A stretch of DNA of 64,000 bases from Leptogorgia sarmentosa. Its lineage: Eukaryota. Positions 38,050 to 50,020 of the stretch are shown here, piece after piece (the first letter of the stretch is position 1; each line of letters starts with the position of its first letter). Both the position numbers and the translations under genes were made by a program. The notes beneath the pieces were generated by a model that had not been told where the DNA came from, did no database searches, and worked only from the letters and a program-made list of their open reading frames with translations. Location of the stretch: positions 9,858,001 to 9,922,000 of the forward strand of contig OZ210885.1 in NCBI GenBank assembly GCA_964658305.1, read 5' to 3'.

Positions 38050-38506
38050 ACGCATGAAAACATGGAATTTCGTACAACATTTATTCTTTGCTACCTTCAA
38101 CATGCCACATCCCGTTCTGATTTTCTCTTGACAACTATTTTGTTACAATTTTTTCTATAATCCCAGTTAAAATCAAACGATTTTAATACCATTGGGAAAT
38201 TTGAATGGTCGCCGGAAATACTGTGTTTATTTTATTTTTGTGTTACGTTGCTAGCGTTTTCGACGGTGAAATTGAGTGTTTGCTATACATTTCGTGTAGT
38301 GCAAAAGCGATATATGTATACTCGTTTGTAAAAGCTCTTTAACGGGTAAATGATAGAGAAGTGAAAAATTTTCAAGAATTTAGAATTTTACTATTTTTAC
38401 CGTTATGGATGAAATCGTGAGTTTTCCCAAAATATGGATAAGAAGCGTCAGCGTGTGAAACTTATGTGAGCTGAATCAACCACAACGTCGATGAACAAGG
38501 AAAATT

Positions 38507-38583
38507 TGGCAGCGGTGGGATTCGAACCCACGTCATCGAAATGACTGGTGCCTTATAAACCAGCGCCTTAGGCCACTCGGCCA
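38507..38583 (-). pseudogene. tRNA-Leu pseudogene (anticodon-loop insertion, 5'-truncated)
   Basis: Aligns to Leu(AAG) at 44929. Confidence 0.7.
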
Positions 38584-38780
38584 TATCGTTTAAAGAGATG
38601 CCTTTGTGTATCACAGAACTGAAGAAACGTTAAACAATTCGGAACATTTATATTATCGTGTTAAGGTTCTGTGGTGTAATGGGAGAAACATTTATATTTT
38701 CTCGGAATGTGAAAATAACGATAATATTTTTCATTTGAATTTCGAAGAGAATGTCGAGAGATAGCGTGGCCACAAATGCT

Positions 38781-38853
38781 TGACCTTGAAGTGAATTGAA
38801 CACTTAACCTTCTGATCTGGAGTCAGACGCGCTACCAATTGCGCCACAAGGTC
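38781..38853 (-). tRNA. tRNA-Trp(CCA)
   Basis: TCTGA-CTCCAGA-TCAGA; all stems pair. Confidence 0.9.
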
Positions 38854-39336
38854 GTGGCGCTGTTAAAATGGTTTGGTTTCAGAGAACGAGTTTGAAAATG
38901 TGAACACAAGCTGCCTCAGATTGAAATTTTCAGAAAAAATTCCCACGCCGGGAATATAACCTGGGCCATAAAGGCATACTCTGTTAAAAGCTCCTTTACC
39001 CAATAACAAAATCAAGGACTTAAAATCAAGAATTTAAAAAACGATACAAAACTAATAATAATTATGTAAATTATGAATCAATTTGTGGGCATTATTCCTG
39101 AATCTTTTGTTGCTGGAATTAATTCTTTATTAATCGTGCCAACACGTAAAAGAGGTTGATATCGGAAAATATTAATTTTACTTTTTTCCCGTTATGGATG
39201 AAATTACGAGTTTTCCCAAAATATGGATAAGAAACGTGATCTTTTGAAATTTATATTAACTATTGATTTTCGCTTTGGTTGCTGGAAATTATGGGTTCGA
39301 TTCCCATACAAGTCCTTAGAAAACCCCGCCCAAACA

Positions 39337-39410
39337 CGTCCCTGGTTGGACTCGAACCAACAACCTTTCGGTTAACAGCCGAACGTGCTAACCGATTGGA
39401 CCACAGAGAC
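39337..39410 (-). tRNA. tRNA-Asn(GTT), D-arm variant
   Basis: TTCGG-CTGTTAA-CCGAA. Confidence 0.8.
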
Positions 39411-39577
39411 CGACTCCATTGAAAACCTTCCGAAAAGAAACAAAAATTAATGGATATTATTTTTGTTCAAAATCTGATTTTCAGCCAAGGCCATATGCAA
39501 CGGCAACAATAAACAGAACTTCAACGGTGACAATGCCCGCAATGGTGATTACAATAATTTTTGGTGTTTGAAACAGA

Positions 39578-39649
39578 TGCCGTGACCAGGATTCGAACCT
39601 GGGTTATTGCGGCCACAACGCAATGTACTAACCACTATACGATCACGGC
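39578..39649 (-). tRNA. tRNA-His(GTG)
   Basis: TTGCG-TTGTGGC-CGCAA. Confidence 0.9.
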
Positions 39650-39759
39650 GACGTCCATGACAGTTTGGAAAGTGTTTTGGAACGGCTCAGATATTACATT
39701 AATCCTCCATTTTTCTCCGTCAGTACAAAGTACAAAAGAAAACATTTTGATACATCAAT

Positions 39760-39831
39760 GGCTTGCTGGTCTAGTGGTATGATTCTCGCTTAGGGTGCGA
39801 GAGGTCACGGGTTCGATTCCCGTGCAAGCCC
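39760..39831 (+). tRNA. tRNA-Pro(AGG)
   Basis: CTCGC-TTAGGGT-GCGAG. Confidence 0.9.
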
Positions 39832-39955
39832 TAAGTTAATTAACCAAGTAAGACGTTCTGTTTTTTGAAAGCTTCCGTAAATCCTTAGAAAACCTCGCGC
39901 AAAAAAATCCGGTTACATTTACCGTCACGACGTCTGAATAACATCACAACAAACA

Positions 39956-39979
39956 CGTCCCTGGTTGGACTCGAACCAA

Positions 39980-40023
<44 letters not shown>

Positions 40024-40029
40024 AGAGAC
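39956..40029 (-). tRNA. tRNA-Asn(GTT)
   Basis: Intact cloverleaf. Confidence 0.9.
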
Positions 40030-40288
40030 CGACTCAAAAACCTTCCCAAAAGAAATCTAAAAATAATGGATATTACTAGTATTTAATAACATACACTCGT
40101 GAGTTTTCCGAAAACCGAAAATAGCACTCGTCCTTCGGACTCCAGCTAGACGTTGAAAACTTTGCTTTAAAAAAGGATCTTCGACAACTTCTTTTTATAA
40201 CTTTTCTCTTTTTTCTCCTACACCCAAATCATAACCACCCATAACACCAAAATTTTGCCAACATTTGCATTCTGGAAATTTGCTCTTC

Positions 40289-40358
40289 CGTTGTCGGCAG
40301 GATTTGAACCTGCGCGGGAATTTCCCAACAGATTTCTAGTCTGTCGCCTTAACCACTC
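40289..40358 (-). pseudogene. tRNA-Ser(AGA), 5'-truncated
   Basis: First ~12 nt missing. Confidence 0.7.
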
Positions 40359-40536
40359 AAATAAATTTTCATTCTGCGAGTAAAATCCAACAAAATATTT
40401 TAGTAATCGTTTTCAAGTATTGGTGGATAGATTTAACACGAATCGTAGCATATGCATCTCAACTCTTTGGGTCGCATATTTCCTATCAGCCTGCTTTAAA
40501 GAATTTGAAAGTTTTCCAGTTTATAGGTAGGATAAG

Positions 40537-40608
40537 AAGGAGCTTGCGGATTTAAACCACCGACCTCTCGATCTGCAGTCGAACGCTCTACCACTGAGCT
40601 ACACTCCC
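40537..40608 (-). tRNA. tRNA-Cys(GCA), degenerate T-arm
   Basis: TTCGA-CTGCAGA-TCGAG. Confidence 0.7.
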
Positions 40609-40912
40609 TGCGTACTCTACTAGGTTAATTACGTACATATACTTTCAAACGCAGCTATAATCAATTCACGGACCTCTGTTTTTTCAATTTTACATTCAAA
40701 TACAAAATCTTTCTTGGGATGTTTCATAACCTTAATGCAATAAAAAACGCGACTTCTTTCCGTTGATTTTGTAGATGGAAAACTTGGGCATTGAATCTGT
40801 CACTTTAAACACTCAGCCCCCACCACCGAGAACACAACTTCCTGTCATCGAGTTTTTCCCCAAAACAATTCATGTTTATCTTCGAGGCCAAAATTTTAAA
40901 GACTTTGCATGA

Positions 40913-40994
40913 CGTAGTCGGCAGGATTTGAACCTGCGCGGGAAACTCCCAACAGATTTCGAGTCTGTCGCCTTAAGCGCTCGGCCACGACTAC
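40913..40994 (-). tRNA. tRNA-Ser(CGA)
   Basis: ACAGA-CTCGAAA-TCTGT; flanks shared with the Ser(AGA) copy at 36191. Confidence 0.82.
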
Positions 40995-41276
40995 GTTGCT
41001 ACAACCAACCGGTTTCACGTTGTTCATTAATGAACATTCACATCCATCTATAACTGACCTACACACTCTCAGCGCTACACTCTGAACAATAGAAACTTTC
41101 TATTTTGAGGTCTTTGCAAAACTCACTCGTGCAAGTTAATTTCAAATTCCACTCGAAACCATTCTATTAGCAATACTCATATTTTTTTCCAAACGTAGTG
41201 AAATGGTGGAAAGATATGAAACTTGAACTAAAATATATAGAATGCTACCTACCTGTGCAGGAACATGCCTGAATTT

Positions 41277-41347
41277 GCGTTGGTGGTTCAGTGGTAGAAT
41301 TCTCGCCTGCCACCCTTGAGACCGGGGCTTGATTCACAGCAAACGCA
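41277..41347 (+). pseudogene. tRNA-Gly(GCC), degenerate
   Basis: Anticodon stem and T-arm disrupted. Confidence 0.65.
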
Positions 41348-41434
41348 GCAAAATGTTTTCATTTTGTTGCATTTCAATTGCAACTCGAGAAAAAATGTGG
41401 GTTCGTAACACAGACATGATCTTGAAATTGTAAC

Positions 41435-41506
41435 CCCCATGTGGTCCAGTGGTTAGGATCTGGCGTTTTCACCGCCATGGCCCGGGTTCGATTCCCAGCG
41501 TGGGAA
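41435..41506 (+). tRNA. tRNA-Glu(TTC)
   Basis: TGGCG-TTTTCAC-CGCCA. Confidence 0.8.
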
Positions 41507-42531
41507 TTTTTTCTGACAATTTCTATTTAGAACAGTTTGTCTTCACATATTCAATCTCGCCCGAGACTGGGATTAGATTCCCGCCAAACGCAGAATATTA
41601 TCATTCTGACGAGTTTAAATTTCTAATGCAACACGAGAAAAACCTAGATTTGTAACACAGACATAATCTAATAATTTTATCCAGGAAAGTAAAATTAATA
41701 TTTTCTGATATCACCGTCACTTATGAAAACTATTTGATAGCCGCAAACTATTTGACTGTGGACAGAGTTTTTGCATTGGTTTATAAATTTTTGATTTTTA
41801 CTCTTTATAATTTTATTGGGAAAATGAGCTTTTAACAGAATATCCCTTTAAGAATTAATTTTACAATCTCCCCTTCGCATTAATTTCGTTCTTGGATGAA
41901 TTTGTTTCAATTAACTCTGGATAAAAAAAAGGAAGGCGGAAGAGAAAGGTAGTAAAATTCGCAGCATTTTTAAAATATTCAAATGTCAAAATAGGTTCTG
42001 CCGAGACTCAAAGTGCTATAAACCATTACACCACAGAACCTTAACACAATCTTGACAAAGTTTCCCAATTCTTTAACGCTTCTTCCTTTCTTTCTTAGCA
42101 AAAGGCACACTCTTCAATGGCGGACGTGGATATTTGCATAACGTGGTGAATTATATTACATTTCTCTTGCACTGCCCATTTTGCGTGTCATATTTAGTTG
42201 AAAAAAATAATCGAGTAAAATTGATATTTTATGATATCATCCTCTTTTGCCCAAAACTATTTCATTCCCACAAACCATTTCATGATGGACAGACTTTTTG
42301 CATTGGTTTCCAAATTCTTGATAATTTTTCAATCGTTTCTAATTTCCTTCGTTAAAGAACTTCTATAACACAGGATCGCTTTTGTGACTAAAATAAGAAA
42401 TTCACCTTCGCACCAATTGTTCTTCGTCGATTATTTTTTTCAACTAAATATGACACGCAAAATGGGCAGTGCAAGAGAAATGTAATATAATTCACCACCT
42501 TATACAATCTTTTAATTCGTCTGTTCGATCT

Positions 42532-42603
42532 AGGTTCTGCCGAGACTTGAACTCGGATCGCTGGATTCAAAGTCCAAAGAGCTAACCATTACACCACAGA
42601 ACC
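42532..42603 (-). tRNA. tRNA-Gln(TTG)
   Basis: GGTTCTG acceptor; TGGA-CTTTGAA-TCCA. Confidence 0.82.
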
Positions 42604-42726
42604 TTAACGGGTTGATGTCGAAGTTCTGAATTGTTTAACGTTTGTTCCTTTCTTTGATATCGATAGACATCCCTTTAAACGATGTGGATGTTTACTAAAG
42701 GGAAATTATATTGTCTGCAGGACGCA

Positions 42727-42808
42727 GGTAGCGTGGCCAAGTGGTCTAAGGCGCTTGTATCAGGCACCAGTCATTTCGATGGCGTGGGTTCGAATCCCAC
42801 CGCTGCCA
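42727..42808 (+). tRNA. tRNA-Leu(CAG), degenerate
   Basis: Leu body with loop ATCAGGC. Confidence 0.65.
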
Positions 42809-43306
42809 AAATTTCGTTGTTCATGGCTGTATTCGCGTTTATTAATTAACGATTCACTATTCGTTGATAATGTAACCCACCACGGATCTAATTCCAGCAC
42901 AGTAAAACTATATTCGCGATAGCCTGGAAAACCTTCGAAACCATGAATAATGGCAAAAACTATTTGATCGCGGAAAGAGTTTTTCCATTGGTTTTTAAAT
43001 TCTTGATTTTCACACCTTTATAACATTATTGGTTAAAAGAGCTTTTGGCAGAGTATCCCTTTTGTAATTAAAATAACTAGTTCGTTTTCGCTTTCATTTT
43101 GTTCCTGTATCAATTTCTGTCAATTAACTCCGAATTGGAAAATGGACGGTGGAAGAGAAAGGTAATAAAATTGGCGACCTTAAAACCTGAACACGACCGT
43201 GACAATGTTTCCTCATTTTTTAATATTTTTTCTTTCTTTCACACCCAAAGTCATCTCTTCAAAAGGCGAGGATATTTAGTAAAGGGAAATCATTTAATTT
43301 AATTAA

Positions 43307-43387
43307 TGTAGCGTGGCCGAGCGGTCTAAGGCGCTGTTTTAGGCACCTGTGATCTCGATGACGTGGGTTCGAATCCCACCGCTGCCA
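43307..43387 (+). pseudogene. tRNA-Leu (TAG-like), degenerate
   Basis: Leu body with a damaged anticodon stem. Confidence 0.6.
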
Positions 43388-43733
43388 AATTTTCCTTGTT
43401 CAAGGACGTTGTGGTTTATTGAGCTGATATAAGTTTCAAAAAGTGATGCTTCTCATCCACATTTTGTGAAAACTCGTAATTTTATACAGGAAAAAAGAGA
43501 AAGAGTAAAAATGATGTTTTCTGTTATCACCCTATTTTGGTCGAAACTATTTGATAGCCAGCAACTATTTGATCATGGACAGAGTTTTTGCATTGTATTC
43601 TAAATTCTTGATCATTTTTCACTCTTCTATAATTTTACTTGCCGCTAACTTTCATTATGTTGCATTTCAATTTTAATTGCACGACGAGAAAAAACCTGGC
43701 TTTGTAACACAGGAATAGTCAACAAGATATCAC

Positions 43734-43805
43734 TCCCAAGTGGTCTAGTGGTTAGGATCTGCCGTTTTCACCGCCATCGCCCGGATTCGATTCCCGGCGT
43801 GGGAA
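43734..43805 (+). tRNA. tRNA-Glu(TTC), degenerate
   Basis: Glu body with several mismatches. Confidence 0.62.
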
Positions 43806-43890
43806 TTTCTTCTGAAAATTTAAATTTGAAGCAGCTGTGTTCACATTCTCAAACTCGTTCTCTGAAACCAAACCATTTTAACAGCGCTAC

Positions 43891-43972
43891 GACCTTGTGG
43901 CGCAATTGGTAGCGCGTCTGACTCCAGATCGGAAGGTTAAGTGTTCAAGGTTAAGTGTTCAATTCACTTCAA
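43891..43972 (+). pseudogene. tRNA-Trp(CCA) with an internal tandem duplication, 3'-truncated
   Basis: AAGGTTAAGTGTTC duplicated. Confidence 0.7.
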
Positions 43973-44233
43973 AAAATATGGATAGGAAAATAGGAAAAAA
44001 ATGTGCAAATTGAGAAATTAGCAAAACTATTGCTATTGTATTATCTCTATCCCTCTTACCCATTCTTTTGGAGTTTTCTGTATTTCAGTTCTTGTTGAAA
44101 TGATCTTGCTTTTCGACAAAAAATTGATTTTGCTGATCATGTTTAAAGTGAACCAATTTCCTAGAACTTACTCTGATTTATTATTTGCATCTTGTGGAAT
44201 ATGAACATTATAACGAAAGAATTGGGCAACTTT

Positions 44234-44304
44234 GCGTTGGTGGTTCAGTGGTAGAATTCTCGCTTGGCACGCGGGAGACCAGGGTTCGATTCCCCGCTAA
44301 CGCA
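44234..44304 (+). tRNA. Gly-body tRNA with GGC (Ala) anticodon
   Basis: CTCGC-TTGGCAC-GCGGG in an otherwise Gly(GCC)-type sequence. Confidence 0.7.
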
Positions 44305-44733
44305 GATTATTATCATTTCTTGCATTTCGGTTTCGGTTGCCACTCGAGAAAAAACGTGGCTTTGTAACACAGACATAATCTCATAATTTTCTCCATAATA
44401 GAGGAATGTAAAATTAATATTTTCTGATATCACCCTCTTTTAGCTAAAACTATTTGATAGCCACAAACTATCTCATCATGGACAGAGTTTTTGCATTGGT
44501 TTCCAAATTCTTTATTATTTTTCAATCGTTTCTAATTTTACTCATTAAAGAGCTTCTATAATAGATATCGCTTTTGTAACTAAAATAAGAAGTTCACCTT
44601 CGCATCAATTGTTCTTCCTCGATGAATGATTTTTTTTTTCAACTAACTGTGACTTGCAAAAAGGACATTGTAAGGGAAACGTAATGAAATTCGCTACCTT
44701 ATGCAATGTTTCCAATGCATAGTTGAGTCTACT

Positions 44734-44805
44734 AGGTTCTGCCGAGACTTGAACTCTGATAGATGGATTCAAATTCCAAAGTGCTAACCATTACACCACA
44801 GAAAC
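44734..44805 (-). pseudogene. tRNA-Gln(TTG), degenerate
   Basis: Aligns to the 42532 copy. Confidence 0.65.
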
Positions 44806-44928
44806 TTAACACGATAATATAAATGTTTCGAATTGTTTAACGCTTTTTCTTTCTGTAATACAGAAAGGCATCTCTTTAAACGATGTCGATGTTTACTAAA
44901 AAGAAATTATATCGGTCAGGATGTCACA

Positions 44929-45010
44929 GGTAGCGTGGCCGAGTGGTCTAAGGCGCTGGTTTAAGGCACCAGTCATTTCGATGCCGTGGGTTCGAATTCC
45001 ACCGCTGCCA
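44929..45010 (+). tRNA. tRNA-Leu(AAG)
   Basis: CTGGT-TTAAGGC-ACCAG. Confidence 0.85.
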
Positions 45011-45499
45011 AATTTTCGTTGTTATTGCACGTTGTGGTTGATTCAGCTCACATAAGTTTCACAAGCTGACGTTTCTTATTCATATTTTGGGAAAACTCAT
45101 AATTTCATCCATAACGGAAAAATAGTAAAATTCTCAACTCTTGATAATTTTTCACTTTTTTATCATTTTTCCCGTTAAAGAGCTTCCATAAACGAGTATA
45201 TATCGCTTTAGCACTACACGAAATGTATAGCAAACCCTCAATTTCACCGTCGAAAACGCTAACAACATAATACAAAAATAACATAAACACAGTATTTCTG
45301 GTGACCATTCGAATTTCCCAATGGTATTAAAATCGTTTGATTTTAACTAGGATTATTAAAAAAATTGTAATAAAATAATGTGTACCCCTTTCACGTATTT
45401 GGGTCAGGTAAATTCTCAAGGGAAAGAATCAGAACGGGATGTGGCATGTTGAAGGTAGCAAAGAATAAAAGTGGTAGGAAATTCCATTTTTTCATGCGT

Positions 45500-45909
45500 G
45501 TCAGGATGGCCGGGTCGGCGTTAGATCATAGTCAGCGTAGGAACATATCCGAGACTGCTTTATATGTCGGTCAGCGGTGATAGAAATCTCTATTAGCGTA
45601 TTCACAAAATAAACCAGTCCCAAACCATAAATCTGACCCCAACCTTTGGTTATGGTTTGGGACTGGTGATTAGGGTCAGATTAATGGTTTGGGACTGGTT
45701 TATTTTGTGAATGCGCCAATAGAAATTTCTATCACCGCTGACCGACATATAAAGCAGTCTCGGATATGTTCCTACGCTGACTATGATCTAACGCCGATCG
45801 GATGGCCGAGGGTCTAAACGCCAGACTCAAGTGCAAAAACTTGTCACGACAAACCTTGACATAATAGGGTGTTCTGGTCCACACATGTGGTCGTGGGTTC
45901 GAATCCCAC
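45500..45909 (+). pseudogene. Intron-containing tRNA-Leu(CAA) interrupted by a MITE
   Basis: GTCAGGATGGCCG at 45500, resumes at 45800; 3' acceptor strand lost. Confidence 0.85.
45513..45799. mobile_element. Mutator/foldback-type MITE
   Basis: ~125-bp near-perfect TIRs; 9-bp TSD GGATGGCCG at 45504-45512 and 45800-45808. Confidence 0.92.
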
Positions 45910-46251
45910 AACACAAAGGAAACTGACATATGCGCAAAACATATAGAAAGTTTCGGAGATGTGAATCGATGCAACAAAAAATATGAAGCAAGTTAATTGC
46001 CATGCAAGGTCCAAGCCAGATTTAAACTGGGGTCCTTCCAGTGTGAGAGGCATGCAGAAACCAGTGCACTACACGAAATGTATAGCAATCCCTAAATTTC
46101 ACCGAAGAAACTAGAAAACGCTAACAAGATGAAATAAAAAATAACAAAAACACAGTATTTCCGATTACCATTCAAATTTCCCATTGGTATTACAATCGTT
46201 TGATTTTAACTGGGATTATAGAAAAATACGTCTTACTTGGGTAATTAACAA

Positions 46252-46323
46252 GGGCTTGCACGGGAATCGAACCCGTGACCTCTCGCACCCAAAGCGAGAA
46301 TCATACCACTAGACCAGCAAGCC
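46252..46323 (-). tRNA. tRNA-Pro(TGG)
   Basis: CTCGC-TTTGGGT-GCGAG. Confidence 0.9.
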
Positions 46324-46434
46324 AGTGATGGCATCAAAATGTTTTCTAATGTACTTTGTACTGACGGAGAAAAATGGGGGATTAATATAATATCTCAGCC
46401 GTTCCAAAACATTTTCCAATCTTCCAGCGAAGTC

Positions 46435-46506
46435 GCCGTGATCGTATAGTGGTTAGTACATTGCGTTGTGGCCGCAATAACCCAGGTTCAAATCCTGGTC
46501 GCAGCA
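46435..46506 (+). tRNA. tRNA-His(GTG), acceptor mismatch
   Basis: His body. Confidence 0.78.
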
Positions 46507-46672
46507 TCTGATTCAAACAGGAAACGTATTGTAATTACGATTGCGGACATCGTCATCGTTGAAGTTCTGTTTATTATTGCCATTGGATGAGGCCTTGGCA
46601 AAAAATCAGATTTTGACCAAAAATAATACCATTATTTTTATATTTCTCTTAGGAAGGTTTTCAATGGACTAG

Positions 46673-46678
46673 GTCTCT

Positions 46679-46722
<44 letters not shown>

Positions 46723-46746
46723 TTGGTTCGAGTCCAACCAGAGACG
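46673..46746 (+). tRNA. tRNA-Asn(GTT)
   Basis: Intact cloverleaf. Confidence 0.9.
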
Positions 46747-46868
46747 TGTTTGGTGTGATGTTATTCAGACGTCGTGACGGTAAATGTAACCGATTTTTTT
46801 GCGCGGGGTTTTCTAAGGATTTACGAAAGCTTTCAAAAGAGAGAACGTCTTACTTGGTTAATTAACTA

Positions 46869-46940
46869 GGGCTTGCACGGGAATCGAACCCGTGACCTCT
46901 CGCACCCAAAGCGAGAATCATACCACTAGACCAGCAAGCC
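46869..46940 (-). tRNA. tRNA-Pro(TGG)
   Basis: Identical to the 46252 copy. Confidence 0.9.
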
Positions 46941-47178
46941 ATTGATTGTATCAAATTGTTCTCTAATGTACTTTGTACTGACGAAGAAAAATATGGGATT
47001 AATGTAATATCTCAGGCGTTGCAACTCTATGAGAGGAGATTCTGTTCTCGACGGAAAGAAGTCACGCGATGACACATGCCGTGAATGAGTTTGTATTTAG
47101 ATGCAAAATTGACAAAACAGAGGCAATGAAAAAATTGATACTTTCCTTGGTAGGTAATTAACCTAGGTCGACTACACA

Positions 47179-47229
47179 GGGAGTGTGGCTCAGTGGTGGA
47201 ACATTCGACTGCAGATCGAGAGGTCGGTG
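47179..47229 (+). pseudogene. tRNA-Cys(GCA), 3'-truncated
   Basis: 5' two-thirds of the Cys body. Confidence 0.65.
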
Positions 47230-47301
47230 TTATCACACCCATAAAGTGGAAATCTTCAAAATTCTTGATTTATTCATTTCGAAATACATGGCAATGCCAA
47301 C

Positions 47302-47383
47302 GTAGTCGTGGCCGAGTGGTTAAAGCGACAGACTTGAAATCTGTTGGGAAATTCCCGCGCAGGTTCAAATCCTGCCGACTACG
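47302..47383 (+). tRNA. tRNA-Ser(TGA)
   Basis: ACAGA-CTTGAAA-TCTGT. Confidence 0.85.
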
Positions 47384-47635
47384 ATCGCACCTCTAGCTTT
47401 CAAATATCAGACTGTCACTCCGTACGGCGCAGTCTTTCTATTTTGTATCAACATCAATATTTCCCCTGATAAATTTTAGTCTGGATTTGCTCATTCAATG
47501 ATTTCTAAGCACCCGATCTTTTCATAAACATGCCAGCGTATAAAGCATACAATTCAACGTATACATATCAATGATTGTACTATTGAAGAAGGAAATATTT
47601 TGGACGTTTGTCCTTCTTGTGAACACGAATCCATA

Positions 47636-47886
47636 CGCCTGATTCCACGGGCGATATTTCTTGGCGAAATGCGAGAATTTTCGCGCGAACTAATTGTACG
47701 CATGCGTGATAAAGGCAAATAAGATTTCTCGAGAAAAAATTTCGCTTCGCCAGCGAGTAGAAGTCAGTTCTACTCACTACGAAAGCGAAAAATGTGGGAG
47801 AATTCAATAGAATCGTTCATGTGCAACCATCCGCATTTCGCAGACGCAATTTCTCGCGAAAGATTTCGCCGTCGTGGAATCAGACC
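47636..47886. mobile_element. Harbinger-type MITE
   Basis: TIR CTGATTCCACG / CGTGGAATCAG followed by TTA. Confidence 0.65.
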
Positions 47887-48140
47887 TTAAGAATAACTAG
47901 GAAATATTTAATTTGAATTGCTTGCCATAGACCTATTTTTGCTGCTGTCAAATAATTAACATAGAATTATTAGAATCGCGTAAAATACTGATTTTTTCTA
48001 CAATCAAAAACGGTTAATCTCGGGAATTCCTGAGTAAGAAAAATCTGACCGATGCTCGAGCCACTTTCGTCACGGTCTGGATCCGCGCCTGAGACGTCAA
48101 TGTTAAGTTGAAAAACGCGAAACCTATTGGTTGTAGCAAC

Positions 48141-48222
48141 GTAGTCGTGGCCGAGCGGTTAAGGCGACAGACTAGAAATCTGTTGGGAGTTTCCCGCGCA
48201 GGTTCAAATCCTGCCGACTACG
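48141..48222 (+). tRNA. tRNA-Ser(AGA)
   Basis: Intact cloverleaf. Confidence 0.92.
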
Positions 48223-48504
48223 TTATGCAAATTTTCATTATTTTCGTCTCGAGTATAAACACGATTTTTTTGGGGAAAAAAATTCGATGACAGGAAATTC
48301 TGTTCTCGGTGATGGTGGTTGAATGTTTAAATTCCATCAACAAAATCAACGGAATGAAGTCGCGTTTTTTATAATTGTATCAAGTTTATGAAACATGCCA
48401 AGAAAGATTTTGTATTCGAATGTAAAATTGAAGAAAAGAGGTCCGTGAATTGATTATAGCTGCGTTTGAAAGTATATGTACGTAATTAACCAGGAGAGTA
48501 CACA

Positions 48505-48576
48505 GGGAGTGTAGCTCAGTGGTAGAGCATTCGACTGCAGATCGAGAGGTCGGTGGTTCAAATCCGCCCGCTCCTT
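48505..48576 (+). tRNA. tRNA-Cys(GCA)
   Basis: TTCGA-CTGCAGA-TCGAG; T-loop TTCAAAT. Confidence 0.88.
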
Positions 48577-49055
48577 CTTTAAAGAAAAAGATAAAAGCTA
48601 TATTTTCGACCCGAAGACAATTTTTGCTTTGTTAGACGCTGCTGGGATGTTTGTTTTGTTTTGAAGCAATCTGTGGCTTTAGCTCTAATTTGATTTGTTC
48701 AAAGTGACAACATAAAATTCCATTGTCATTACAGAAAATTGCACTGTGTCAAGAGAGAAATGCACTGTGATTACACAAGATTGCACTTGTGATTACAGAA
48801 CATTGCACTGTGATTTGGGATTAAATGCACTGACGTAAACCAATCACAGTCGAGTAATGCTTTTATGTATATTATTAAGAAATAATCACCCAAAGAAGCC
48901 ATTTTAATCGCAAGCTACCTTGGGCCCAGGCCCCACGCGGTCACCTCCTCTCACTAGTTTACTTGATATTATTCACAGTGTAGCGCTGAGAGTGTAGGTC
49001 AGTTGTAGATGTCAATGTTTAGTTGAACAACGCGAAACCTGTTGGTTGTTGCAAC

Positions 49056-49137
49056 GTAGTCGTGGCCGAGCGGTTAAGGCGACAGACTAGAAATCTGTTG
49101 GGAGTTTCCCGCGCAGGTTCAAATCCTGCCGACTACG
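49056..49137 (+). tRNA. tRNA-Ser(AGA)
   Basis: Identical to the 48141 copy. Confidence 0.92.
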
Positions 49138-49257
49138 TCATGCCAAGTCTACAAAATATTGGCGTGGAATGTGAGCAGTGAATTGTTTATTGAGAAATAT
49201 TGGATTAATGTAATATCTCAGCCGTTCCAAAACATTTTCCAATCTTCCAGCGCCGTC

Positions 49258-49329
49258 GCCGTGATCGTATAGTGGTTAGTACATTGCGTTGTGGCCGCAA
49301 TAACCCAGGTTCGAATCCTGGTCACGGCA
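49258..49329 (+). tRNA. tRNA-His(GTG)
   Basis: Intact cloverleaf. Confidence 0.9.
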
Positions 49330-49543
49330 TCTTTTTCAAACACGCTATACATTTACGTATATTATTAAGAAAGAAACACCCTAAAGAATCCATTTTATTC
49401 GCACGCAACCTTGGGCCCAGGCCCCACGCGGCAACCTCTTATAACTATTCTATATATTACTGACAGTATAGCGCTGAGAGTGTAGGTCAGTTGTAAATGT
49501 CAATTTTTAGTTCAAAAACGCGAAACCCGTATGTTGTAGTAAG

Positions 49544-49625
49544 GTAGTCGTGGCCGAGCGGATAAGGCGACAGACTAGAAATCTGTTGGGAGTTTCCCGC
49601 GCAGATTCAAATCCTGCCGACTACG
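49544..49625 (+). tRNA. tRNA-Ser(AGA), variant
   Basis: Two substitutions relative to 48141. Confidence 0.78.
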
Positions 49626-49669
49626 TTATGCAAAGTCTTTCAAATTTTGGCCTCGAATGTAAACATGAA

Positions 49670-49724
49670 TTAGAGCACTGGTCCAGTAAACCAGGGGTCC
49701 AGGGTTCAAATGTCTGATGAGGCT
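49670..49724 (+). pseudogene. tRNA-Thr(AGT-like), 5'-truncated
   Basis: CTGGT-CCAGTAA-ACCAG. Confidence 0.6.
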
Positions 49725-49966
49725 CAAGAGTATCGTTATCAAAAAGTTTGTTTTGGGAATTCGAATGCCAAATAATCTGAAAGTGGAACTGAAGTACCGC
49801 TTACTAGCTTGAAATATATTCGATATTACAAATCAATCTATAAATGGTAACGTTTTACAAAGAATGAAAACAAGTGCATAATCTTCACTGTTATTTTTAC
49901 CATTTTGAAACATCACATCAGTGCAGGATGGGAAAGTAATATAATTCAACAGCAAGCTTTTGAGTT

Positions 49967-50020
49967 GCCTCATTAGCTCAGTGGTTAGAGCACTGGTCTA
50001 GTTCAAATCTCTGATGAGGC
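49967..50020 (+). pseudogene. tRNA-Thr with internal deletion
   Basis: Both ends present; anticodon and variable region missing. Confidence 0.65.

Noticed and set aside
47302..47383. Possible selenocysteine or opal suppressor tRNA
   Set aside because: The anticodon is TGA (reads UCA, Ser), not TCA, and the body is ordinary Ser.
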